From: Alphaproteobacteria bacterium
Lineage (GTDB): Bacteria; Pseudomonadota; Alphaproteobacteria; Bin95
Length of the DNA stretch: 64,000 nucleotides
Direction of reading: 5' to 3'
Assembly (NCBI GenBank): GCA_965202745.1
Contig: CBDBCB010000012.1
Coordinates: 18,463-82,462, forward strand
The translations under genes and the position numbers were made by a program. Each line of letters opens with the position of its first letter. The stretch's first letter is position 1. The notes under the pieces were generated by a model that was not told the DNA's origin, did not search any database, and was given only the letters and a program-made list of their open reading frames with translations. Shown here one piece after another: positions 1 to 9,149 of this stretch.

Positions 1-1
1 G

Positions 2-823
2 GAGCAAAAGGGCGAGCACCACGGCGGCAGCAAGTGGATCGGCACCGGCGGCACCTCCCCCTTCGGTACCGGCGGCTTCAACCCGGAAGGCGTGGCTGTC
101 GGCCAGAAAAAGCGCCGCCAGGGCAAGGCGCTCAAAGTCTGGGACCAACGCGAATACAAGAACTACGACGACAGCCTGCAACTGGGCATCCGCAACGTGC
201 AGATCGCCCTTCGGCGGCTGCGGGAGTTCGCACGGACCGGGGTCGAGGAAGAATTCGACCTGGAAAAGACGATCGAGAACACCGCCAAGAATGCCGGCCT
301 GCTGGACATCGTCATGCGGCCGGAGCGCACCAACCGCGTAAAAGTGTTGATATTCTTCGACGTCGGCGGCTCCATGGATGATCATATCCGGGTCTGCGAG
401 GAGCTGTTCTCCGCATCCCGCAATGAGTTCAAGCACCTGGATTTCTACTACTTCCACAATTGCATTTATGAGTATCTGTGGAAGGACAACCGCCGCCGCC
501 ATGACGTGCGGGCTGACACTTACGAAGTCATCAACAAGTACCAGACCGAGTACAAGGTTATTTTTGTTGGCGACGCGTTCATGTCTCCCTACGAAATTAC
601 CTATAAAGGCGGCAGCGTCGAGCACTGGAACGAGGAAGCGGGCGCGACCTGGCTGCAACGGATGCTCGACCAGTGGCCGGACGCCATCTGGCTGAACCCC
701 CGCCCGGAAACGCGCTGGGATCACACGCCCAGCACCCAGGTCATCAAGGAGTTGATGGCGAACCGCATGTATCCGTTGTCTGTCGATGGCCTGGACCGTG
801 GTCTGAAGGCCTTGCGCGGCTAA
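2..823 (+). CDS. VWA domain-containing protein (CoxE/YehP-like); 5' end outside the window
   Basis: The frame is open from the window edge (EQKGEHHGGSKWIGTGG...) into ORF 92..823. MIDAS-like VLIFFDVGGSMD motif. Confidence 0.75.
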   Translation, partial: EQKGEHHGGSKWIGTGGTSPFGTGGFNPEGVAVGQKKRRQGKALKVWDQREYKNYDDSLQLGIRNVQIALRRLREFARTGVEEEFDLEKTIENTAKNAGLLDIVMRPERTNRVKVLIFFDVGGSMDDHIRVCEELFSASRNEFKHLDFYYFHNCIYEYLWKDNRRRHDVRADTYEVINKYQTEYKVIFVGDAFMSPYEITYKGGSVEHWNEEAGATWLQRMLDQWPDAIWLNPRPETRWDHTPSTQVIKELMANRMYPLSVDGLDRGLKALRG

Positions 824-905
824 TCTCAAAGGTGGCGATTAATGATCCCCGGACTGTGCAGTCGCGCGTCCGGGGATTGTAATTTTCAGGGAAGGAAAAC
901 CCGCG

Positions 906-1952
906 ATGCGCGTCATCACAACAATCCCCCAAGGCAACCTGCGCGAAGCGGCGGCGGCGGCCAAAGACATCGAGGCCCGCGGTTTCGACGGCATCGTTAC
1001 CCAAGAGAACAAGCACGACGCTTTTTTGCCCCTGGCGGCTGCAGCGACGGTGACGGAGCGGGTGGAACTGGCGACCGGCATCGCCATTTCCTTCAACCGC
1101 TCGCCCATGGTGGCGGCGCAAATGGCGTGGGATCTTTGCGAGAGCAGTGATGGCCGCTTCGTCCTGGGGCTCGGCACCCAGATCAAGGCGCACAATGAGA
1201 AGCGCTTCTCTGTGCCCTGGAGCGCGCCAGCCCCCCGGATGCGCGAATACCTGCAGGCCCTGCGCGCGATCTGGAGCACCTGGGCGACCGGTGAGCGCCT
1301 GCGCTATGAGGGCGAGCATTACATGTTCACCCTCATGACACCGAACTTCACCCCGCCGCACACCGCGCCGGGCCTGCCGAAAGTCACTCTGGCCGCCGTT
1401 GGGCCGTACATGATGAAAGTTGCAGGAGAAGAAGCTGACGGCGTGCGGCTGCATCCGTTCTGTACCCGCAAGTACATGGAAACGATGATCGTGCCCCGGA
1501 TTGACGCCGGGCTTGCCAAAACCGGGCGATCACGCGAGAATTTCGAGATTTCCGGCGGTGGCTTCGTCGCAACGGGTCCGGATGATGAGAGCGTCGAGAA
1601 GACGCTCGACTGGGTGCGCTACCGCATCGGTTTCTACGGCTCCACGCCTGCCTACTACCCCGTGCTGGAAGCCCATGATATGCAGGAGCTGGGCCTGAAG
1701 CTCAACCGCATGACCAAGGAGGGAAAGTGGGACCAGATCGCCGGCGAAATTCCCGACGAGTTACTACACGCATGCTGCGCAGTCGGACGACACGATGAGA
1801 TTGCGGGCGTGATCGAAACGCGCTTCGGCGGTATCTCCGACACGCTGTTCGCCAGCATTTCGACGGATATACCAAGCGATTTCCCGCCGGACCTCATCCA
1901 GGACCTGCAACGCATTCCGAGCCAGTTCACGGGACATCGCCGGTCGGAGTAA
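906..1952 (+). CDS. LLM-class (luciferase-like) flavin/F420-dependent oxidoreductase
   Basis: 348-aa ORF with luciferase-like monooxygenase family features (RFVLGLGTQIKAHNEKRF, GFYGSTPAYYP). Confidence 0.8.
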   Translation: MRVITTIPQGNLREAAAAAKDIEARGFDGIVTQENKHDAFLPLAAAATVTERVELATGIAISFNRSPMVAAQMAWDLCESSDGRFVLGLGTQIKAHNEKRFSVPWSAPAPRMREYLQALRAIWSTWATGERLRYEGEHYMFTLMTPNFTPPHTAPGLPKVTLAAVGPYMMKVAGEEADGVRLHPFCTRKYMETMIVPRIDAGLAKTGRSRENFEISGGGFVATGPDDESVEKTLDWVRYRIGFYGSTPAYYPVLEAHDMQELGLKLNRMTKEGKWDQIAGEIPDELLHACCAVGRHDEIAGVIETRFGGISDTLFASISTDIPSDFPPDLIQDLQRIPSQFTGHRRSE

Positions 1953-2034
1953 AGCGCTGCTTCCCCGACCCTGCCGGGAAGCGGGTGAGGTAGATAAGGC
2001 AATTTGAAGAGATGCAATCCAGCTAGCGCTACCG

Positions 2035-2805
2035 CTACGAAATCGGCTTCTGCACGGTACAGAATATCCAGCCTTGCATGGGGTGCAGGGCCTTTACGTG
2101 TTCCAGCAGTTTGGCGTACCAGCAGCCTAATCTGAAAAGAAAGACATTGAATTTCAGGTAGTTCGGATACTGGCCGACAAACTGAAACTGCGCAATTCCC
2201 AAACCATTGGCGCGCGCAAGACGCTGTACGGTGCGTTTGGTGTTGCACTGGTATTCGGTCGGGAAAGTGTCTTCTTCCGCCCGGCCCTCGACCCGTTTCA
2301 CGATCCAGGGATGCAGGGCATTCGGCATCAGGGCGGCCACCAGCGAGCCATAGTCATAGAGACTGGGCGTCAGGAATACATAGCAACCACCGGGCTTCAG
2401 GACGCGGGCGATCTCGCGGAAGGCGGCCTGCCCATCCGGCACATGCTCCATCACGCTGCGGCTGAAGGCCAGATCGACCGAATCGTCGGCAATACCGTGC
2501 ATATTACCCACGTCGCGGGTGAGCAGTTCGAGCGCCGGATCGTCAACCGCAAAGTCGATGACCTCAATACCGATCAGGCGGCCAGCCCGGCCCTTCATCT
2601 GGCGCAGTACCGGCGCCGTGCGTCCACAGCCGATCTCCAGCACGGTCGCGTCAGGCCGCAGCCGCGCATCCACTGCCGTTTCCAATTGCCGGTAGGGATG
2701 GCTTTCCGGCGGAAAATGCTTGTCAATCAGTGCCTGGATCGCAGGGGTAAATTCGGGCATGGGGAACTCGGACAAAGGGACGGAAGTCCGCATTATGCCC
2801 GGCAA
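2035..2805 (-). CDS. class I SAM-dependent methyltransferase
   Basis: Motif I VLEIGCGRT and the LKPGG motif. An alternative ATG at 2760 (MPEF...) is possible. Confidence 0.8.
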   Translation of the reverse strand: MPGIMRTSVPLSEFPMPEFTPAIQALIDKHFPPESHPYRQLETAVDARLRPDATVLEIGCGRTAPVLRQMKGRAGRLIGIEVIDFAVDDPALELLTRDVGNMHGIADDSVDLAFSRSVMEHVPDGQAAFREIARVLKPGGCYVFLTPSLYDYGSLVAALMPNALHPWIVKRVEGRAEEDTFPTEYQCNTKRTVQRLARANGLGIAQFQFVGQYPNYLKFNVFLFRLGCWYAKLLEHVKALHPMQGWIFCTVQKPIS

Positions 2806-2848
2806 TCCCTACGATTTCGTAACCCCGCCGCATTCTTCCCGCGGGGCA

Positions 2849-3589
2849 CTACGCCGCCGGAACCAACAATGACCGCACACGGCCCAGTACGGGCATTGGC
2901 ACGCCGCAACGCTCCAGCAGGTAGGTATCATACGAGCCATAGCGCTGGGTCACTTCGTCGAGTGCGGCGGCGATATATTCGGCGCGCGCACTGAACACCG
3001 GCTCGCGCACCGGCTCCGGCAACTGATTGATATAGGCGCTGTTGCGCCGCCAGATCAGGTTGGTAGCCAGGTAATCCTCGATCACCGCTGCTTCACTGAC
3101 ACCGATGGACAGCAGCAACATAGCGGCGATAAAGCCGGTCCGGTCCTTGCCCGCAGTGCAGTGAAACAGCACGCTGCCGGGCTTTTCTGAAGCGACCGCG
3201 CGGAAGGTTTCGGCCGCCACCACCGCCAGCCTTTCCGGGTAGGAGCGGTTGCCATCCTGCATCATCCGGATAGCATCAGCAGCGGTCTTCGGGTTGCGCT
3301 GGTGCAGACCCGGTTGGGCACCAACGCTGCCATCACCCGGCGTTAGCACCTCCAACCCGGGCGGCAGGCGGGAGGGGGCGTGCGTGCGCTCCCATTCAGA
3401 TCGCAGGTCGATCACCGTTGAAATATTCAGCCCGGCCAACACGGCCTGGTCAGCATCCGTCAGTTCACTCAGGACGGCGGCGCGGTAGACCTTGCCCCGG
3501 CGGACTGCGCCGCCACCAGCCAAAGGCAATCCGCCCAGGTCACGCATGTTGCTGCTGCCCTCAAGCGGAACATGCCGGTCAGCTACCAT
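2849..3589 (-). CDS. protein-tyrosine phosphatase (CX5R type)
   Basis: Active-site loop HCTAGKDRTG. The listed ORF runs to 3862, but the MVADRHVPLEGSSNMRDLGG start at 3589 fits the family N-terminus and leaves a divergent promoter gap to 3704. Confidence 0.75.
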   Translation of the reverse strand: MVADRHVPLEGSSNMRDLGGLPLAGGGAVRRGKVYRAAVLSELTDADQAVLAGLNISTVIDLRSEWERTHAPSRLPPGLEVLTPGDGSVGAQPGLHQRNPKTAADAIRMMQDGNRSYPERLAVVAAETFRAVASEKPGSVLFHCTAGKDRTGFIAAMLLLSIGVSEAAVIEDYLATNLIWRRNSAYINQLPEPVREPVFSARAEYIAAALDEVTQRYGSYDTYLLERCGVPMPVLGRVRSLLVPAA

Positions 3590-3703
3590 TGTTCGTTTCC
3601 TCCAGGCGGAATTCCGGCAGCCGTATCGGACAACGACATGACAAGTACATGACACCCGCATACACTTTTGACCAACAAATGAACAGGTGAGGAACTCCAG
3701 GCC

Positions 3704-5245
3704 ATGCGTGTGAATATTGGTGAAATTTTGACCAACCGCACCCGGCGCGATCCGCATTTGGAAGCGTTGGTGGATACGGCGTCTGGTGAGCGCTTTACTT
3801 ATGCCGAGATCAACAGCCGGGTGAACCAGGCAGCCAGCATGTTGCTGAGCCAGGGCGTTCAACCGGGCGAGAGGGTGGCTCTACTGTTGATGAATGGCAC
3901 GCCCTTCTACGAGGTTTACTTCGCCTGCGCCAAAATCGGTGTGGTCGCAGTACCGCTGAACTGGCGGTTGGTGCCGGATGAGTTGGGCTATATCCTGGGC
4001 AATGCTGGGGCGAAAACGCTGATTTTCGATACGGATTTCGCCGAAATCGTGGAGGCCCTGCACGCGGCGGACTCGACTGAGGTCGAAACATGGATGCAAG
4101 TTGCCGCCGGCGCACCGCTTTGCGCCTTTGCCCACGACTACCGGGCACTGGCGAGCCAGGGCTCCACAAAAGAGCCAGAGATACGCGGCTTCGGCGATGA
4201 CAACCTTTATATAATGTACACTAGCGGTACGACCGGCCTGCCGAAGGGGGTGGTGCATACGCATACCACGACTTTTTGGGCGCTGAGCACAATGATGCCG
4301 ACCATCGACTTTCAGTTAGGTGACCGGTTCTCTGTCGTGCTGCCCTTGTTCCACGTAGGCGCGCTCGCGCCGCTGCTGGCGATGATCTATGGCGGCGGCA
4401 CCAATGTGCTGATGCGAGCCTTCGATCCCGCGTTGATGTGGAAAATCACGGCGGAAGAGAAAATCACGACGACGCTTGCCGTACCCGCGATGCTGAATTT
4501 TATGCTAATGATCCCGAACGTCAATCCGGCAGGCTACAGCCAGTTGCGCTGGATCATGAGCGGGGCGGCTCCGGTGCCCGTGGCATTGATGGAACAGTAC
4601 CGCAACATTGGCATCGAAATTCACCAGGTCTATGGCTTGACTGAATGCTGTGGCCCGGGCTGCCTGATCAGTCCCCAGGACGCCATGCAGCGCCTGGGCT
4701 CTACCGGCAAACCGTTCTTTCACACCAGCCTGCGCCTTATCGGTCCCGATGGAAACGATGTGCCAGCCAACACGCCGGGCGAATTGTTGCTGAACGGCGG
4801 CCACATGATGAAGGAGTACTGGCGCAATCCGGAAGCCACTGCCGAAACTTTGCGTGACGGCTGGCTCTATACCGGCGACATTGCGGTGATGGATGATGAC
4901 GGCTTCGTCACAATACAGGACCGCATCAAGGACATGATCATCTCCGGCGGCGAAAACGTCTATCCGGCAGAAATCGAAAATACCGTGATGAGCCATCCCG
5001 GCATCAAGGAATGCGCCGTCATTGGCATACCTTCTGAGCGTTGGGGCGAGTCGCCGTTGGTGATCGCAGTCCGTGCGGATGAAAGTGTTGATGAGGATTC
5101 CGTGTTGCAGCATTGCGACGGCAAGCTCGCCCGCTTCAAACAGCCGAAAGGCGCGGTTTTCGTCGAGATGATTCCGCGTAACGCGTCTGGCAAGGCGTTG
5201 AAATTCCAGCTTCGCAAGCAGTTCCCCGGACCGGCACGGGAATAG
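3704..5245 (+). CDS. AMP-dependent acyl-CoA synthetase/ligase
   Basis: AMP-binding signature YTSGTTGLPKGV, GEL...GG.MM.YW block, and a C-terminal lysine region. Confidence 0.9.
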   Translation: MRVNIGEILTNRTRRDPHLEALVDTASGERFTYAEINSRVNQAASMLLSQGVQPGERVALLLMNGTPFYEVYFACAKIGVVAVPLNWRLVPDELGYILGNAGAKTLIFDTDFAEIVEALHAADSTEVETWMQVAAGAPLCAFAHDYRALASQGSTKEPEIRGFGDDNLYIMYTSGTTGLPKGVVHTHTTTFWALSTMMPTIDFQLGDRFSVVLPLFHVGALAPLLAMIYGGGTNVLMRAFDPALMWKITAEEKITTTLAVPAMLNFMLMIPNVNPAGYSQLRWIMSGAAPVPVALMEQYRNIGIEIHQVYGLTECCGPGCLISPQDAMQRLGSTGKPFFHTSLRLIGPDGNDVPANTPGELLLNGGHMMKEYWRNPEATAETLRDGWLYTGDIAVMDDDGFVTIQDRIKDMIISGGENVYPAEIENTVMSHPGIKECAVIGIPSERWGESPLVIAVRADESVDEDSVLQHCDGKLARFKQPKGAVFVEMIPRNASGKALKFQLRKQFPGPARE

Positions 5246-5251
5246 GCGTCC

Positions 5252-6454
5252 ATGCATCCTGCTATTCTATTCGGCATCACCGTCGTCGATATGACGGAAG
5301 GAGTGGCCGGGCCTTACGCCGCCATGGTTTTGGGCGACATGGGGGCGAACGTCTTCAAGGTAGAGCGGCCCGCCGGGGACTGGTCGCGGCCCGCCGATCA
5401 CTTTCATGTCGAGGGTGAACTGAACGCACAGTTCATCGCGCTCAACCGGAACAAGCGCAATATCAGCCTGGATGTTGCCAGCGACGGCGGCAAGCAGGTA
5501 TTGGGCCGCATGATCGCTGAGGCGGATGTGCTGATCTCCAACTACCGCCCCGGCGTGATGGACAGGCTGGGCTTTGGCTATCCCCAGTGCCAGGCGATCA
5601 AGCCGGACCTGATCTATTGCACCATTTCGGGCTTTGGCCAGCAGGGGGCCTATGCCCAGAACCCGGCGAGCGACACCATCATCCAGGCGATGAGCGGCCT
5701 GATGAGCCTGGTGGGGGAGGCCGATGGGCCGCCCATGCGCGTTGGCTTCCCGATGATCGACATGGCCGCTGCCAACTACGCCGTGCAGTCCATCTTGCTG
5801 TCGCTCTATGGCCGGCAGAACGGACATGGCGGCACCAACATCGATGTGAGCCTGATGGCGGCAGCGCTTGGCCTGATGACCGCGGGCTATACCCGCTATA
5901 TGGCGTCAGGCGTGGTTCCGCTGCGCCAGGCCAACGAGAACAAGACGCTGGCGCCGGCGGGCGCTTATCAGGGCGCGGACGGACGCTACTTCGCCATTGC
6001 CATCCTGCGGGACGAGCATTGGCAAAAGCTCTGTGCGGCATTGGACCTGGACGGGTTGGCCCAAGACCCCGATCTGACCACCAACAAACAGCGGGTGGAG
6101 CGCCGGGCGATGCTGGACGAGGTCCTGGTGCCACTGTTTGCCTCCCAACCGGCGGTCTATTGGCTGGAGCGGCTGGGCGCAGCGGACATTCTTTGCGGTC
6201 CGATCAATACCTATGAGGACATCGCAAACGATCCCAACCTGGCGTCACAGCTGCCGATTGTCGATGGAATGGCGGCGGGCGTGGCGCAGGCGATCGGCGT
6301 GCCGGTCCGGCGGAACGGTCAATACAATGCCACCTACCGCCCGGCACCGGCCAAAGGCCAGCACACGCGGGAAGTCCTGGCGGAATTCGGGTTCGACGCC
6401 GATGAAGCCGAGACGTTTTTGGCTTCCGGAGCAGCATTTTGCATGCCGATTTAG
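5252..6454 (+). CDS. family III CoA-transferase (CaiB/BaiF type)
   Basis: N-terminal GITVVDMTEGVAGPYAAMVLGDMGANVFKVERP is typical of CaiB/BaiF. 400 aa. Starts 6 nt after the ligase stop. Confidence 0.85.
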   Translation: MHPAILFGITVVDMTEGVAGPYAAMVLGDMGANVFKVERPAGDWSRPADHFHVEGELNAQFIALNRNKRNISLDVASDGGKQVLGRMIAEADVLISNYRPGVMDRLGFGYPQCQAIKPDLIYCTISGFGQQGAYAQNPASDTIIQAMSGLMSLVGEADGPPMRVGFPMIDMAAANYAVQSILLSLYGRQNGHGGTNIDVSLMAAALGLMTAGYTRYMASGVVPLRQANENKTLAPAGAYQGADGRYFAIAILRDEHWQKLCAALDLDGLAQDPDLTTNKQRVERRAMLDEVLVPLFASQPAVYWLERLGAADILCGPINTYEDIANDPNLASQLPIVDGMAAGVAQAIGVPVRRNGQYNATYRPAPAKGQHTREVLAEFGFDADEAETFLASGAAFCMPI

Positions 6455-6648
6455 GGGAACCTGGTCAGGGGCGGGCGGCTGAAGCGTCGCCGCTCTACCA
6501 TTGCCCTCCCGCTTTGAAGTGCGGGACGGGAAGAATGCTGGGCGGCCTGAGAATGTGATCTGCTCATGCAGACCGGCAGCCAAACGGTCCCGTTCCCTTC
6601 CGTCCGGCGCGGCACTATTCTCCAACCAAAGTTGAACATCTGTTTGCA

Positions 6649-8451
6649 GTGAAGGTAACAAGAAGCATGGACGCGCTCGTCTCCACGATGAACCCGATTG
6701 AAACCACCGAGAAATGGCTTGCCGAGCTTGGCCAGGCCATGCAGTCCCAGGATGCCGAAGCGGTGATGGACCTGTTCCAGGCGAATTGCTTCTGGCGCGA
6801 CGTCTGCGCCATGACATGGAATCTTGAGACGTTCGGCGGCCGGGGCGAGATCGAGGCCATGCTGGAGGAAGCGCTGCCGCAAACGCAACCGCGCAACTTT
6901 CACCTGCCGCCCCATCGCTCGCCACCACGAGTGGTCTCCCGTGCCGGGGTAGACTGTATAGAGGCGATCATCGCTTTTGAGACCGCGATCGGCCAGTGTA
7001 GCGGCCTGCTGCGGCTGGTGCCGGATGCCGACGCGCCGGGCTCGGTAAAGTGCTGGATCTTCGCTTCCTCCCTAGACGAGATCACCGGCCATGAAGAACT
7101 GATCGGTGACCGCCGCCCAGGCGGCCAGGAATATGCCCGCCAGTATGGGGCCGACAATTGGGCCGACCTCCGCCGGAAAGCCCAGAAATACGATGACCAC
7201 GATCCGGCAGTTTTGGTGGTCGGCGCGGGACAGGCAGGACTCACAGTGTCAGCCCGGCTGACCGTGCTGGGTGTTGATACGCTGCTGGTCGACCGCTTCG
7301 AGCGTGTCGGCGACAACTGGCGCAACCGGTACCACTCGCTCACCCTCCACAACGAGGTGTGGGTCAACGACCTGCCCTGTATGCCGTTCCCGCCAAACTG
7401 GCCGGTCTACATCCCGAAGGACAAGCTGGCGAACTGGTTCGAGCACTACGCCGAAGCGATGGAGTTGAACGTTTGGACCTCAACCGAAATGGTGACCGGC
7501 TCCTATGACGAGGCGGCAGGTCACTGGACGGTGACCCTGCGCAATGTGAAGGACAGCAGCGAACGGGTGGTGAAGCCGAGGCATGTGATCTATGCAACCG
7601 GCGTTTCCGCCATACCGGTAATGCCGAACCTGCCGGGGATGGACGACTTCAAGGGAACGCTGATCCATTCCGGCACCTATAAGAGCGGCAAGGAATGGGA
7701 GGGCAAGAAGGCCATCGTCTTCGGCACCGGCACCAGCGGCCACGACTGTGCCCAGGAACTGACCACCTGCGGCGCGGACGTAACTCTGGTGCAGCGCAGC
7801 CCCACGCACGTGGTCAGCCTGAAGCAGGCCCAGCGGGTTTATTCTCATTATTTCGAGGGGCCGCCGGTGGCCGACAGCGACCTGTTGGCGACGGCGTCGC
7901 CCTATCCGGTGCTGGTCAAATCGTTCCAGGCGCTGACCCAGGATATGCTGCGGGAGGACAAAGACCTGCTCGCCGGGCTGAAAGGCGCGGGGTTCAAGCT
8001 GGACCATGGCGGCGGACACGATCAGACCGGGTTCCAGATGATGTATCTGCGCCATGGTGGCGGCTACTATTTCAATGTCGGGGCATCCGACATGATCATG
8101 GATGGCCGGATCACGCTCGCCCACTACGACGACATAGAAACGCTGGCTGCCGGCGGTATGCGCATGAAGGACGGCAGCACGGTCGAGGCGGACCTGATCG
8201 TCTGCGCCACGGGCTACCTGAACCTGCAGGACACCGTGCGGGAGTTCATGGGGGACGAGGTGGCCGACCGCGCCGGCCCGGTCTGGGGCTTCGGCGAGGG
8301 GCAGGAACTGCGCAACATGTGGCAGCGCACGCCGCAGCCTGGCCTCTGGTTTACGGCTGGCAGCCTGGCCCAATGCCGGATTTTCTCCAAGTATCTGGCC
8401 TTGCAGGTTAAGGCTTGCGAGGCAGGGCTGCTGGACGTGCAGCGGGACTAG
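6649..8451 (+). CDS. FAD/NAD(P)-dependent flavin monooxygenase with N-terminal NTF2-like extension
   Basis: Two Rossmann motifs (VVGAGQAGL and GTGTSGHD). The start could be one of the downstream Met codons. Confidence 0.75.
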   Translation: MKVTRSMDALVSTMNPIETTEKWLAELGQAMQSQDAEAVMDLFQANCFWRDVCAMTWNLETFGGRGEIEAMLEEALPQTQPRNFHLPPHRSPPRVVSRAGVDCIEAIIAFETAIGQCSGLLRLVPDADAPGSVKCWIFASSLDEITGHEELIGDRRPGGQEYARQYGADNWADLRRKAQKYDDHDPAVLVVGAGQAGLTVSARLTVLGVDTLLVDRFERVGDNWRNRYHSLTLHNEVWVNDLPCMPFPPNWPVYIPKDKLANWFEHYAEAMELNVWTSTEMVTGSYDEAAGHWTVTLRNVKDSSERVVKPRHVIYATGVSAIPVMPNLPGMDDFKGTLIHSGTYKSGKEWEGKKAIVFGTGTSGHDCAQELTTCGADVTLVQRSPTHVVSLKQAQRVYSHYFEGPPVADSDLLATASPYPVLVKSFQALTQDMLREDKDLLAGLKGAGFKLDHGGGHDQTGFQMMYLRHGGGYYFNVGASDMIMDGRITLAHYDDIETLAAGGMRMKDGSTVEADLIVCATGYLNLQDTVREFMGDEVADRAGPVWGFGEGQELRNMWQRTPQPGLWFTAGSLAQCRIFSKYLALQVKACEAGLLDVQRD

Positions 8452-8525
8452 GGCCGGTGGTTGATGATCATAGCGGGGGCCGTTCTTACCTGCCGAGCAG
8501 CGACGGCACCGACTACGAGGCGGTC

Positions 8526-8876
8526 ATGGGCTTCAACAAGGTGGAGTGGCGCGAAGGCTATGTGCGGATGCGCGTCGCTCTACAGCCTGTGCACCGCAAC
8601 CGGCAGGGCATCGTGCATGGCGGCGTGATCGCCGCGTTGCTGGACTCGGTCAGCATGTTCGCAGGCACCTTTGACCCGGAAAACGCAGGCGGCAAGCGGG
8701 CGGTCACCGTCGCCACCTCCTGCCAGTTCATTGGCGCGACCAAGGGCGACTTTGTGGAAGCGGTTGGAGAGTTAACCCGCGCCGGCCGGTCGATGTATTT
8801 CGCCGACGCTAAGGTTACCGATCCGGAAACGGGCGCGGTGCTTGCAAGCGGCCAGGGCACGTACAAGTACCGCTAA
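8526..8876 (+). CDS. PaaI-family hotdog thioesterase
   Basis: The HGGVIAALLDS motif matches the PaaI/YbgC hotdog fold. The listed ORF starts at 8415 and overlaps the monooxygenase, so the ATG at 8526 (MGFNKVEW) is preferred. Confidence 0.75.
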   Translation: MGFNKVEWREGYVRMRVALQPVHRNRQGIVHGGVIAALLDSVSMFAGTFDPENAGGKRAVTVATSCQFIGATKGDFVEAVGELTRAGRSMYFADAKVTDPETGAVLASGQGTYKYR

Positions 8877-9149
8877 CGCCGAAGAGAACTGACAAGGCAT
8901 CAGAGATTTTCCCGGGTGGACGAGAAATTAACACGATTTTGGACAATTGAATTTTTGTATCACAATTCTCCTCTTGTTAACGGACATACGCACCACCACT
9001 TCGATGCTGCTAAACTCCACTAACTCGGTTAAATGAGAAAATCGAGCCAATTGGCGCAACAATTGCTGTGTCTTTCTTAATGGGAAATGAAGAACATACG
9101 TTTCAGCAGAACTGCCTCTAAAATTACCGCTTTGCTGGTCTGCCTTTGG